Part shown: in pieces, positions 20,389 through 31,481 of the stretch | Layout: each line of letters opens with the position of its first letter | Numbering within the stretch: position 1 is the first letter of the stretch | Origin: Nemertoderma westbladi | Lineage: Eukaryota; Animalia; Xenacoelomorpha | Assembly: GCA_032718475.1 (NCBI GenBank) | Contig: JAUCBJ010007385.1 | Location: 1 to 53,342 of the forward strand | Direction: 5' to 3' | Length of the DNA stretch: 53,342 nt | Program-made: the position numbers and the translations under genes | Notes under the pieces: generated by a model | The model's input: only the letters and a program-made list of their open reading frames with translations | Database searches by the model: none | Told to the model about the DNA's origin: nothing

Positions 20389-22410
20389 ATGTCTGATACT
20401 AAGCAGAACCTGTCAGACAGTTTATTAGATGTAACTATCTGCGACTCAGATAGAGACGTACAAACGTCTGGTCGTAAATCCAGTTCACCTCCCACTGTGA
20501 GGAAGGTCATCCCTCCAGTAGTAATAACAGAACCTAGGCTGGTCCAACATCGTAGGTCTATCATAGGCACTCGAGCTCAGGTCAAGCGGGACCAAAAGGC
20601 AGCGGAACAGCAACAACCCGCTAGTCAAGAACTGATTCCTCAGCGGCCCAGCAGCTCCAGTAGTGAGGATACTGTAGAGCTGACACCCGAGCGCGGAGCA
20701 GAGATGACGGATGCGGTTTATACGGATCCCCTTCTCATCCTTCCTGCAGCCGTGCTCGCTGGGTTATTGATCGCGGTGGAAGAACACCAGATCGATTGGG
20801 CGAGAAGTCAACGGTCAACTAGAGATAGCTACGCGGGATACACGAGTGAAGAACTGAAGTCTATTGTCGAGTCGCAATGGAACTTCCCCGGACCCGGACT
20901 CCCGTTTGATTTATCAGAAGCTGCCTGGGAAGACATACACCGGATGGGAGTAGCCAAGGAAACCATCGATCCAGCTGTATGGAAGAGGTCCGCAGCCGGA
21001 TACGCACAGGGATTCTTCAGCTCTATGGAGCGAGTAGAGAGACAACTGTTTCAACAACCTCAAGGACCTCAAGAGCAGGGATCGCTGCTTTATCAAGTTA
21101 GAGAAAGAGTTTTGCGGATTAGGCTAATCTTATCCGCCTTTGAGGAGGCTTCTAAAAGAAAACAAGACACGTCGTTGCAAGTTGCCGTAAAAACTTGGTT
21201 TCAACGGGTGAGTCGCCAGGTTCAAGGAGCAGCTCAGTGGAAAGCTCAGTTGGAGGAGCGCTCAACCCATGGAGAATCGACGGACGCTATTTTTTCCCAA
21301 GTGGAAAGTGATGCAACGGCAGAGAAACCGCATAAGAAGGATGCCATTGATATCTATCTGTCAGACTATCAGCGTTTTTTGGGAGATGATGAGTTGAGGA
21401 GAAGGTTAGAGGGACTTAGCCCTAATAGCGAAGGAGCCAAACTCGTGTTAGATGCGATTGATGTGGATAGGTTAGCGGCGAACCAAGCTAAATTCGATGA
21501 ACAACTCCGCATCGCTAGAGAACAAGAAGAACAAGTAAAGAAAAAACGTATAGAAGACAGAAAAGCAGCGGCAGTAGCAGCAGCAGTGGCAGCTGCAGAA
21601 GCAGAAACAAAAGCGGCAGCGGCAGTGGCAGAAGCAGAAACAAAAGCGGCAGCGGCAGTGGCAGCAGCAGAGGCAAAAGCGGCAGTAGCAGCAGCAAAGG
21701 CAGCGGCTGAAGCGGAAGGACGCAAGCGGGAGGCAGTGGCAGAAGCCGAACGGAGAGCGACTGAAGAAACCACCCAATTAGAATTGGAAAACATTCAGGA
21801 GAATCAAGACTGCATAAATAAACAGTTAACAGCTAGTAATATGCAGATGATGAATCGATCTACTCCCAAACGACAGGGATATACATCATCTGAGGAAGGC
21901 GATACCACCGACACTGAAGGCGGAAGAAATCGATCTCGCCTAAGCAGACGTAAAAGAACATTCCACCGGCAGAAATTGCCTGATTTGCCTCCAGCTGTTA
22001 GAAGGCAACTAAATAACACCAAAGTAGGTAGTACAGAACCCACAGACCAAATAATTACAATAGAGAGACTCCCTACTATAGTAGATGAGCCTGAAATAAT
22101 TAGGCCTGTTCTTGAAATCACCCCTTCGGTGATAGACACACCTGTGCTCCCTGAAACTACTTCTAAATTCCCTCTGCATAGCACTAAGCTACCTGTGCCC
22201 CGCAGAACTGCCCAAGAGACAGTTCAGGTCCTGGACCCCGAGCGAAATATTCACAATTTGTCGCCCGTTGTCCCTCGTCCACCCGCTACAACGTTGGCGA
22301 CTCCCGCTTACGTTGTAGCGGGTGGACGAGAGACGGCGGGGGATGGATCTCCTGCTCGGGCAGATGCAAGAGACTGTCCAGCAATTCAAGGGCACAGTAA
22401 GGGAAAGTAG
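20389..22410 (+). CDS. BEL polyprotein N-terminal part (extended gag leader, Ala/Glu/Lys-rich coiled-coil), frameshifted from the remainder
   Basis: 673-aa ORF; homologous to the 5' gag region of copy 1, where the junction to the downstream region is in frame. Confidence 0.8.
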   Translation: MSDTKQNLSDSLLDVTICDSDRDVQTSGRKSSSPPTVRKVIPPVVITEPRLVQHRRSIIGTRAQVKRDQKAAEQQQPASQELIPQRPSSSSSEDTVELTPERGAEMTDAVYTDPLLILPAAVLAGLLIAVEEHQIDWARSQRSTRDSYAGYTSEELKSIVESQWNFPGPGLPFDLSEAAWEDIHRMGVAKETIDPAVWKRSAAGYAQGFFSSMERVERQLFQQPQGPQEQGSLLYQVRERVLRIRLILSAFEEASKRKQDTSLQVAVKTWFQRVSRQVQGAAQWKAQLEERSTHGESTDAIFSQVESDATAEKPHKKDAIDIYLSDYQRFLGDDELRRRLEGLSPNSEGAKLVLDAIDVDRLAANQAKFDEQLRIAREQEEQVKKKRIEDRKAAAVAAAVAAAEAETKAAAAVAEAETKAAAAVAAAEAKAAVAAAKAAAEAEGRKREAVAEAERRATEETTQLELENIQENQDCINKQLTASNMQMMNRSTPKRQGYTSSEEGDTTDTEGGRNRSRLSRRKRTFHRQKLPDLPPAVRRQLNNTKVGSTEPTDQIITIERLPTIVDEPEIIRPVLEITPSVIDTPVLPETTSKFPLHSTKLPVPRRTAQETVQVLDPERNIHNLSPVVPRPPATTLATPAYVVAGGRETAGDGSPARADARDCPAIQGHSKGK

Positions 22411-25400
22411 GCTGGAGTTGCAAGAAGTGCAGCAAAGTATCGCGCTTGAACGCGATAAATTAGTAAATACCCAAAAGGGTATACCACCACCCTCTGTAAC
22501 AATGTGTCAACCCGTTAGGTCTGAAGTATCTCATGCGCAAGGTGTGGAGCCTACACGCATTTATACTGCTAGCGAAGTAGAAACTCCTATAGTGAACCCT
22601 ATTAAGGGTAATTATAGACCTGTTGATAATGATATTCCATATAGAACTGACCATAATCCTAGAAATTTATATACCGATAACTCGATATTAAATAGCACGA
22701 TGGCCCAAGAAAGTTTTACGCGTCAAATGGCTAGAACCGAAGCCCGGCAAGCAGTAAAGGTTGGAGAGATCGTCAAGTTCAATGGAGATGAGATGAAATG
22801 GTTACCTTTTAATGAATATTACAAAGATAACATACAGAACTCTGTACTATCTAATGGAGAAAAACTTAGATACCTCATCGAGTGCTTGGAAGGATCTCTC
22901 AAGTTAATGGCGTTAAAGTTTATTGGACATCCAGACGGATTAAGACAAGTTTGGGATACACTAAACATCAGGTATGGTAATAGGAATAATATCGCTGGGT
23001 ACTTGTATGCAAAGTTAGTAGCGCCCCGAAAGTTTATTAGTAGCGGAATTATCGAGTTTTCCGATGAGATCCAGGAGATCTGCAGACAATTAGATTGGCT
23101 AGGTAAGTCTCATGAGTATCAGAACACTATGGTTATTAGAGCAGTGGCTTCTACTTTACCTAAAGGTGGAGTAGGTACACGCTGGGATAAGAAAGTGTTA
23201 TATATGATGGAACAACAACGGCGAGACCCTACCATGGCTGATCTCATGTCATTCCTAGATGGAGAAGTGAAATTACAGCTCCTGAAACTGTCTAGGGAGA
23301 AAACACCGGAAAACAAGGTAAGTGAAAAACCCGTCTCTAGGAGAAAAATAACACCAGTATGTTATACCGATGACGGCGAAAGCCAGACTTCTCAAGGAGA
23401 AGATAGCGGGAAGGACACGGATAGATCTTATTACGTGAATAAAATGCCTAAAGATCAGGTAAGTAAATTCAAGTCTCGAACAAATGACAGGAGGGAACAG
23501 GTAAGAAAAACTCCTCCCACGTCTCCCAAGAGAATTCAGGTGAGAAAACCCGAAGAAAAGGCAAGTGTACACAATGTGACTCAAAATAAGGTAAGTAACA
23601 TCAAACCGAAATGTGCGCTGTGCGACGGGACCCACTATTTGAATAGGTGTGATGAATTTCTAAAGAAATCATTAACGGAGAGACGCGAAGTCATGTGGGA
23701 TAAGCGGTTATGTTATAATTGCCTCAGACAAGGACACCAACGACGAACCTGTTTCTCTGACATAAGGTGTGCAAAGTGTGGTGCGAAACATCATACCTTG
23801 TTGCACGCTGAATTCGATCGAAATAGTCCGAATCAGGTAAGTGATTCCGAGTTACATGTCCAATTCAGTGATGTGAACGACACTGATCAATCTGAGATGG
23901 AAGGATTCTATACAGACGAGTTCTCTGACGAAAACGAATCCTGTTACATGATAAATACCGCAGTGTATCGAGCACTAACATATGAGAAAGATACAGAGAA
24001 CGACTTTACTCTAACTACTTCTGAACGACAACCACCTTGGAAAGAGACATCCTCCAATGTAGGGATCCGAGAGTTTCCTGTGGTGCAGGTAAGGGTTCAT
24101 GGACCTAAGAGGAGTTATGTAGTGAACGCCCTCCTGGACTCCGGCAGCACAGGAACATTCATCGATAAAGAGTTAGCCGAAGATATATTTGCTGGACAAC
24201 CCAAGTTCCAAACTAAGCTCAACATGTCAGGCATTATGCAAGTTTGGAAATCTACAATAACAGCTGATTATTATGTCGGAGCGTTGTCCACCCCCCAGGA
24301 CGAACTAGGAGAACACAGCATAAGGTCAGTGAAAATGGTGGCTATAAAGAACTTCGCTACTACTCAAGCAGACCTTTATAATTGGGACGAGGATGAGAGC
24401 ATCCAACATCTTAACATACCTCGATTTCAGACTGATTATCCTGGAGTGCAAATACTCATCGGCCAAAACGCGCATGAGGCGCTGGAGACGTTAGAGAAAC
24501 GGCCTGCTCAACCGCAGCCCCTACAGACCTATGCGGTAAGAACTAGAGTAGGTTGGTACTTTACTGGCCCTTCCCGTAGAACACTCAGAGAAAGACTACC
24601 GCAAGAGAGAGTCTACAAGGTGAGTGAATGGGAAGATGATGCTAGTGAGGGAGACGATTCAACTGAGGGAATTCCATACTCCTCAGATAACGACGATGTT
24701 CACCAGCTTTTTGATGAGGAGAATACCATCGATCTCCTTAAGGAAAACGAGGCTTGGCAAAATCAAGTTAACTTATGTCAACTTCTCTATCCATCTGAAC
24801 GAGAAGCTTATAACGACGAGTTAAATGACGTCATTGAGCGTCATAATGCCAAGATTCGGGATGAACATGCTGTACGATTCTTTACGCAAGAGGCGGTAGA
24901 GCCCAATTCCTACGATAAAGCCTTGTCGGTGGAAGAGGAAAGGGCCAAGCAGATCCAAGAGACAACTACATGTTTCCTCAAAGATCAAGGTAGGTATGAA
25001 GTCGGTTTACCTTTCCGCAAGAAAGAACCGAAGTTCATCAATAACAGACCTTTGGCGGAAAAAAGAATCGCGCAACTCCATCGACGCCTTACGGCTAATT
25101 CTTCAGCGAAAGCCATGTATCAAACACAGCTAGAAAAATTTATTAATAAGGGATACGCGGAGAGAGTACCGGAAGAAACACCTGTGACTGAAAGAACGTA
25201 TTATTTAACTCACCATTACGTTCCTAAACCCGGTAAACCACACGAAGTGAGAGTAGTGTTTGATGGCTCCGCTCTTTACATGGGTCAATCCCTTAACTCT
25301 GAATTGTTACCCGGACCCAACTTACTTCAATCTTTGTTGGGAATTCTTTTAAGATTGAGACAATATTCGATTGCTTTCGCCTCCGATATAGAAGGCATGT

Positions 25401-28400
25401 TCTTGCAAGTCAAAGTGTTGGATAGGGATCGAGATAGCCTACGATTTCTATGGTGGCCCGAAGGAGACCTCAACCAGAAACCGGTGGAGTACTGGATGAC
25501 CATCCAGGCCTTTGGGATAATCTCAAGCCCTTCCAACGCCTGTTCGGTAGTGCGTACTACTGCAGAGGACAACAGAGAGGCATTCTCTAAGGAAGTGATC
25601 GACAACATCAAGAGAGACATATACATGGACGACAATCTGAAGTCCCTTCCATCAGTTGAGGAAGCCATTGAGGTCGCTAAGGGAACGGTAGAGTGCTTAA
25701 AAAGAGGTGGGTTTCGATTAACCAAATTCACCAGCAACTCCCGTGAGTTTCTGGAGTCGATTCCTGCGGAAGATCGCGGAGCGAAAGATCTCGATTTGAT
25801 CAAAGATGATCTGCCAGAAACCAAGACACTCGGCTTGAAATGGGACACAGAGAGAGATATCCTGTTTTTCCAACTAAAACAGCGAGATAATCCTGTTCGA
25901 ACCAAACGGATTTGCTTAAGTATACTGAGCACTTATTTCGATCCATTGGGATTTATTAGCCCAGTTATATTGATTGCTCGAAGTTTGGTACAACAAATGT
26001 GGCTTGAAAACCACTCATGGGATGATCCACTTAAGGGGGAATTACTGAAGCAGTGGATGAAATGGGAAGATTCTCTACCGGCTATCGAGGAGTTTATAAT
26101 TTCCCGTTCATATTTTGGTCATGTTCTCCCTACGTATTCCTATCAACTCCATGTGTTTGGAGACGCCAGCGATATGGGAATCGGTATAGTAGCCTACCTA
26201 AGAGTGGAAACTCCGGATGGAATCAAAGTCGCCTTGGTTACTTCTAAGGCATTAATCAACAACAAGTTGAAAGTTCCTCGAGCGGAGTTAAAAGCGGCTC
26301 TATACGCTACAGCCATCGGCCGGAATGTAACCGAACAGATTGACTATACATTAGAGAAAACTGTCTATTGGACCGACGCTTTACTCGTGTTAGAGTATAT
26401 AACCAATGAAGTCTGTCAGTTCAGCGTCTTCGTTACCAACAGAGTAGCCATCATACTTAGTCGCACGACGATGGACCAATGGAGACATTGCCCCGGAACG
26501 ATTAATCCAGCGGACATCGCGTCCCGAGGAGCGACTCCAAAGGAATTGGTAAATACTCCCGAATGGTTAGGTGGACCCGACTTTCTCTACCGAGAAGAAG
26601 AAGAATGGCCACCCCATCTCACAACAGCAGAGATCAGACAGGCCAAGGGAGCGGAGAAAGTTAAACCCAAAACTCGAGCGAGTAAATCGAAGTTGTTTAA
26701 ACCTGCGGTTGATCTATCTGTATTATTTACTTCCGGAGATGATGCTTTGGATCAGAAACCCACCGCCACGACGAAAGAAGTCTTGGAAATCCGTGACAAG
26801 GATTGGAAATCTGGAATACCAGATATCTCGCAAGGACTCTCACCTCTCTTGCAGAGAGCGATACGTCACTACAGTTCCTGGAATCGGCTCTGTAAGGCTG
26901 TTACCTATTTGAAACGATGTTTTCATCATCGTTACTCCGGAACAAAGACCAATAGCGATGACGCTCCATCAACATCTGCACGAGTCCATGTTATTAAAGA
27001 TATTCCTAAATACAAGATACCCGACAGGTTTCTAAAGGAGAAGATCAGCTACCAGGAGCATGATGAAACCAACAAACAGATGCTGAGACTCCTACAATGC
27101 TATGAGGATTCCGATAAGTATTTCCTGTTGTTAAGAAATCCACAGATGCGCTTAAGGGATCGCTTCTCTAGTACCATGATAGATGGGTTAATACGTGTTG
27201 GAGGTAGATTAACAAACGCCCCATTATCCTTTGACACTAAGTTTCCCATACTCATTAGAAATCTTGATATACAAATCAAGATGATTGTAGATGTTCATAG
27301 CAAACTGTACCATGCTGGTAGAGAACGAGTTCTGAGCGAAATTCGAACTCGCTACTATTTTTATAAACCCCGTAGGGCTCTGAACCAAGTTCTTAGGAAC
27401 TGCATACCCTGTAGGAAAGCATTCAGTAGGCCTTTAACACAGCGAGAGGCAGAATTACCTAGGGAAAGAGTAAGCTTCTATGAACCACCCTTTACTAATA
27501 CCGGTGTGGATTTATTTGGCCCTATTGAAGTATATCGTGCCCGGACTATAGTCAAGAGATGGTGTGTCATCTTCGTTTGTATGACTTGTAGAGCTATCCA
27601 TCTCGATATGGTAAACGATCTATCCACCAACAGCTTCGTGTTGAGTTTACGACGACAGATCGCTCGCTTCGGAACCAGTAACACGATGAGATCGGATAAG
27701 GGAACGAACTTCATTGGCGCCAACAACGAAATTCAAGCTTACGTAAAGGACTGGAACAAAAGACAGGTGGACGATCAGCTAAGGATAACAGCGTCTAGCT
27801 GGACCTTCAACGCCGCCGACGCCCCTTGGTGGGGAGGAAGTTGGGAGAGATTGATTAGGAGCGTGAAGACTGCGTTCCACTTTATTGTGCCTTGTCGCGC
27901 TTATCTCACCGACGAACTATTGCGGACGTTAATGGAGGAAATCGCCGCCTATCTCAACGAAAGACCGCTTATGCCAGTCTCTTCAAATCCTGATTCCCTG
28001 GAAGCGCTAACACCCGCGCACTTTCTACTGAAGAAACCCGTAGCCATGCTCCCACGATCGGAGATCACAGACGGAGACGAGTACTGCCGTCGAACCTGGC
28101 AACTTATGCAGTTGCTATCCCGTCGTTTCGCTGACCATTTCGAGAAACATTACCTGCCCACTCTACAACTTCGAACTAAGTGGTTTGCGCAGCAAGAAAA
28201 CGTCAGCGCTGGAGACATGGTGCTTATTGTGGACCCCGATCTCCCACGTAAGCGATGGCAAACAGGACGTATCATCGAGACTTATATCTCGAGCGATGGT
28301 TTGGTGCGATCAGTAGAGCTCGTCGTCATGCGGCGGAACTTTAAGAAACCAGGGATAGTCTTTGAGACTCAACAGCTCAATCGCCCAGTGGGACGTTTAT

Positions 28401-28507
28401 GTTTACTGGAAAGAGACAGAGAGCTCTCCGGAAACTATGGAAGGCAAGAAACTCTTCCCACGACCACTTCCCTAATCCAACCGACATCTAGGGACTCCCC
28501 AACTTAA
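22322..28507 (+). CDS. BEL/Pao gag-pol polyprotein
   Basis: Three BEL-type Cys/His knuckles (CALCDGTHYLNRC, CYNCLRQGHQRRTC, CAKCGAKHHTLLH); protease LLDSGS; RT VRVVFDGS and YMDD; RNase H LHVFGDAS and NPADIASRG; integrase H-H-CIPC, GVDLFGP, SDKGTNF, WERLIRSVK. Confidence 0.97.
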   Translation: MDERRRGMDLLLGQMQETVQQFKGTVRESRLELQEVQQSIALERDKLVNTQKGIPPPSVTMCQPVRSEVSHAQGVEPTRIYTASEVETPIVNPIKGNYRPVDNDIPYRTDHNPRNLYTDNSILNSTMAQESFTRQMARTEARQAVKVGEIVKFNGDEMKWLPFNEYYKDNIQNSVLSNGEKLRYLIECLEGSLKLMALKFIGHPDGLRQVWDTLNIRYGNRNNIAGYLYAKLVAPRKFISSGIIEFSDEIQEICRQLDWLGKSHEYQNTMVIRAVASTLPKGGVGTRWDKKVLYMMEQQRRDPTMADLMSFLDGEVKLQLLKLSREKTPENKVSEKPVSRRKITPVCYTDDGESQTSQGEDSGKDTDRSYYVNKMPKDQVSKFKSRTNDRREQVRKTPPTSPKRIQVRKPEEKASVHNVTQNKVSNIKPKCALCDGTHYLNRCDEFLKKSLTERREVMWDKRLCYNCLRQGHQRRTCFSDIRCAKCGAKHHTLLHAEFDRNSPNQVSDSELHVQFSDVNDTDQSEMEGFYTDEFSDENESCYMINTAVYRALTYEKDTENDFTLTTSERQPPWKETSSNVGIREFPVVQVRVHGPKRSYVVNALLDSGSTGTFIDKELAEDIFAGQPKFQTKLNMSGIMQVWKSTITADYYVGALSTPQDELGEHSIRSVKMVAIKNFATTQADLYNWDEDESIQHLNIPRFQTDYPGVQILIGQNAHEALETLEKRPAQPQPLQTYAVRTRVGWYFTGPSRRTLRERLPQERVYKVSEWEDDASEGDDSTEGIPYSSDNDDVHQLFDEENTIDLLKENEAWQNQVNLCQLLYPSEREAYNDELNDVIERHNAKIRDEHAVRFFTQEAVEPNSYDKALSVEEERAKQIQETTTCFLKDQGRYEVGLPFRKKEPKFINNRPLAEKRIAQLHRRLTANSSAKAMYQTQLEKFINKGYAERVPEETPVTERTYYLTHHYVPKPGKPHEVRVVFDGSALYMGQSLNSELLPGPNLLQSLLGILLRLRQYSIAFASDIEGMFLQVKVLDRDRDSLRFLWWPEGDLNQKPVEYWMTIQAFGIISSPSNACSVVRTTAEDNREAFSKEVIDNIKRDIYMDDNLKSLPSVEEAIEVAKGTVECLKRGGFRLTKFTSNSREFLESIPAEDRGAKDLDLIKDDLPETKTLGLKWDTERDILFFQLKQRDNPVRTKRICLSILSTYFDPLGFISPVILIARSLVQQMWLENHSWDDPLKGELLKQWMKWEDSLPAIEEFIISRSYFGHVLPTYSYQLHVFGDASDMGIGIVAYLRVETPDGIKVALVTSKALINNKLKVPRAELKAALYATAIGRNVTEQIDYTLEKTVYWTDALLVLEYITNEVCQFSVFVTNRVAIILSRTTMDQWRHCPGTINPADIASRGATPKELVNTPEWLGGPDFLYREEEEWPPHLTTAEIRQAKGAEKVKPKTRASKSKLFKPAVDLSVLFTSGDDALDQKPTATTKEVLEIRDKDWKSGIPDISQGLSPLLQRAIRHYSSWNRLCKAVTYLKRCFHHRYSGTKTNSDDAPSTSARVHVIKDIPKYKIPDRFLKEKISYQEHDETNKQMLRLLQCYEDSDKYFLLLRNPQMRLRDRFSSTMIDGLIRVGGRLTNAPLSFDTKFPILIRNLDIQIKMIVDVHSKLYHAGRERVLSEIRTRYYFYKPRRALNQVLRNCIPCRKAFSRPLTQREAELPRERVSFYEPPFTNTGVDLFGPIEVYRARTIVKRWCVIFVCMTCRAIHLDMVNDLSTNSFVLSLRRQIARFGTSNTMRSDKGTNFIGANNEIQAYVKDWNKRQVDDQLRITASSWTFNAADAPWWGGSWERLIRSVKTAFHFIVPCRAYLTDELLRTLMEEIAAYLNERPLMPVSSNPDSLEALTPAHFLLKKPVAMLPRSEITDGDEYCRRTWQLMQLLSRRFADHFEKHYLPTLQLRTKWFAQQENVSAGDMVLIVDPDLPRKRWQTGRIIETYISSDGLVRSVELVVMRRNFKKPGIVFETQQLNRPVGRLCLLERDRELSGNYGRQETLPTTTSLIQPTSRDSPT

Positions 28508-29049
28508 TATCGTTCGGAGTGGGCGTGTGACTCTATTATTTTATATTATTTTATTATTTTTATATTTATGTATGTATTACTATGTAATTTTATTATAATC
28601 GTTTTATTTAATTTAGTAGAATATTATTTAGCGATTATTTTGTAGAATAGTGCAATATATTCGTGTTTATTACGTACATACTTACTTATATTATATTTAG
28701 TGCGACGGCGAAGAAATAATTATTTTTCTCTTTCCTTACTGTCCGTATTATATTATAAATACGTAACTACAGTAAGATGAAATGTCTGTACTTATTAAAG
28801 TACAATAAAGCCACTACTATATTTAAGTATTATTGGTAGGCAGAGTATTAGGAATGCAAAGTTCAGATCCTCGTGTCTCGGCTAAACCAAGCTCTGGGTA
28901 GACCTTGGAAACGACTTGCCTCTTCACACTGACATTGCTTCGTGCGATATTGCTCTCATACCGTATATTAAATAATACATATAGTAGCGTGATGTCCCTT
29001 TAACAGTAGCGTATAACGCAAAATAAATCTGTTAAACCCTTTGACCATC

Positions 29050-29644
29050 TGTAATTCTAGTCGATTAAGATATCGTGGCACCCACCGATATACTTGAAAG
29101 ACAAATTATAGAATCAGTGGTTAACGTCCCCAGACAAGTTCTGGAATAAATCGGTGCCCATCTCAAATATTAATTAGTTAATATTTACAAATCAAATAAG
29201 TCAAAATCTGTAAAATTCAGATCCTTCAACAATTCTAGTCAATTAAGATATCGTAGCATTTACCGATATTCTTAAAGAGACAATTTTCTTAGAATTAAGG
29301 ATCTTGTGTCCCTAGACATGTTCTAGAATCAAAACATGTCCATTTAATTATCAAATAATAAAATTTCAGGGAATAAATTTAAATTCATGCCTTTTAATGA
29401 ATTTAATAAATTGCCATTTTTACAAAATCTGTAAAATTCAGATCCTTCAACAATTCTAGTCAATTAAGATATCGTAGCATTTACCGATATTCTTAAAGAG
29501 ACAGTTTTCTTAGAATTAAGGATCTTGTGTCCCTAGACAAGTTCTAGAATCAAAATATGTCCATTTAATTATCAAATAATAAAATTTCAGGGAATAAATT
29601 TAAATTCATGCCTTTTAATGAATTTAATAAATTGCCATTTTTAC
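29050..29644 (+). repeat. 221-bp tandem repeat in BEL 3' region (2 near-identical units plus 1 diverged)
   Basis: CAAAATCTGTAAAATTCAGATCC at 29202 and 29423. Confidence 0.88.
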
Positions 29645-31481
29645 GCAATTTATAAAGTTCCCAAGATTCCATTAATTAATAGATCAAGGGAGCGGAGATT
29701 TATCTTATCATGCGTATGAGTGTGTGAAAGTCTCCCAAACATAGTCAATAGCCGATAAAATTCATAAAGTCATGTATAAAACAGAACATTGACTATTAAA
29801 GAATACTATTAAATAACATCCCAGATCTGTATGCATTGGAATCACCCTAATTCTACCGCTAGCTTTGCATAATGTCACCATAGCAACAACCACGCTAGAA
29901 TTAGAATTGAGTTAAACGAACAATAGAAAGCTTGTCCCATTGAATAGCATAGGGAATAAATAGCGCACTACTAGTATCCAAGGATACATAATAATACAGT
30001 GACATTCTGGAAGGCATTGACTAACGGACAAGTGACCCGAGTGTGTGTAATTTGTGACAAGTTGTGTGTGTGGTACTTGTGAGCTTATAGGCGAATGTTA
30101 CTACTAAGGTGTGTTTACAGTAGCCAGTCGCAATCGTAAAGTAACCTAACTCTCCAAGGAAAACCTGAAGTACATCTAAGCCTTTGGGACGGACAGTTGA
30201 GTGACTTGTGCCGGTTGTCGTTGTCGTTGTGCGGCTACGTCGTTGGCGAAAGTACAGCGGCGACGACACATCGGCGCTGAGGATCTCGTACTGTCCGGGG
30301 GTTGATTGGGGTAGGCAGCGACGCCCGCTCGCCTAAATGTGGACTCATTATAATATGGATAAACTCATATATAGCAGATATGATGTCGACTATATATCCT
30401 GCCCAGCGGAGTCGGAACCATAAACTGAAATTCGAATGCGAAAATTCTATTCGAAATCGACTCGAAAGAAAAGACACTAAAGAAACAAATGGACGCGGTA
30501 ACTCCAACGTATATTTGGAATTCTTGATAGAAGCATTGTAACAACAAACAAATATCACCCGCGTTTACCCTACCAGACATGCGTCTTTGGTATTATTACG
30601 ATAAACGCTCTAGACCCAACTAATAAACGGAAAGACATAAACATCCACGTAAACCGAAACTTGTTGACGTATCACCTATGCTCACTCGGCTCGAACGATC
30701 CTGGAGTAAACCTACGATCAGAGTCCCGGAATACTCGGTCAAACCTCCTCATTCCTTAGTTGGACCTCAGACCTGCGATCCTGGTGGTGTCGCGGATCCT
30801 CGCGGACTGTATTCACTGTTCAAAGATCTAGTGCTACCCTAACAATTAATCGGTAACACTCCGACCGTGATTTCTAGCTAGCCGCCCATCTTACCTAGCC
30901 GGATTGTGACGCGGACATTTAATATCGCCGTTTAACCCTTACCATCGTCCCGGCTTGACACGATATAACCTGTCACCAGAGTGGCGGAGAACGTTGTACC
31001 AAACGAGTTAAACGCTATTCTACAAAGATCAGAAAGGAAACCTACGTTTGTTCAGATAAACGTAAGTTATAACAGCAAGTCCAAGCGATAAACGAATTGT
31101 CTTTATCTCAGTTCGATTGTGAAATCCAGAATCTCTAAGAAGATATCGCACTTAGACAACCCCATTCTCTGCGAGAGTTTTTGGATGAACGTATCCAGCT
31201 ACGAGCGGAGGAAAATCAGCTCGAGGAGAAGCATATCGAAACGGCGGATACCCCGACCATAATCCTACACCTTCTGATGCAATCATATTGCACCCTTCAC
31301 CCAGGATTTACAGCCCTCCTAGTAAAGTGGCTCCCCCAAAGAGAAAAGGACTCTTGCTAGCCTCAAGAAACTGCGTAAACGCCGTCCGCGCAAGAAAGAC
31401 TAACTGTTTAGAGTATTTTTATATTTTAGAAACTGTGATTTGTATATTTTATAGACTGAAAATCCCATTTTCTGGGAGCGG

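Noticed and set aside
22290-22410. Programmed ribosomal frameshift between the 673-aa and 2061-aa BEL ORFs
   Set aside because: The sister copy (minus strand ~950-880) reads through in frame (TTLADPVSAVDWVDERRRGMD). Copy 2 is 2 nt shorter here and has no obvious slippery site, so this is a mutation or sequencing error.
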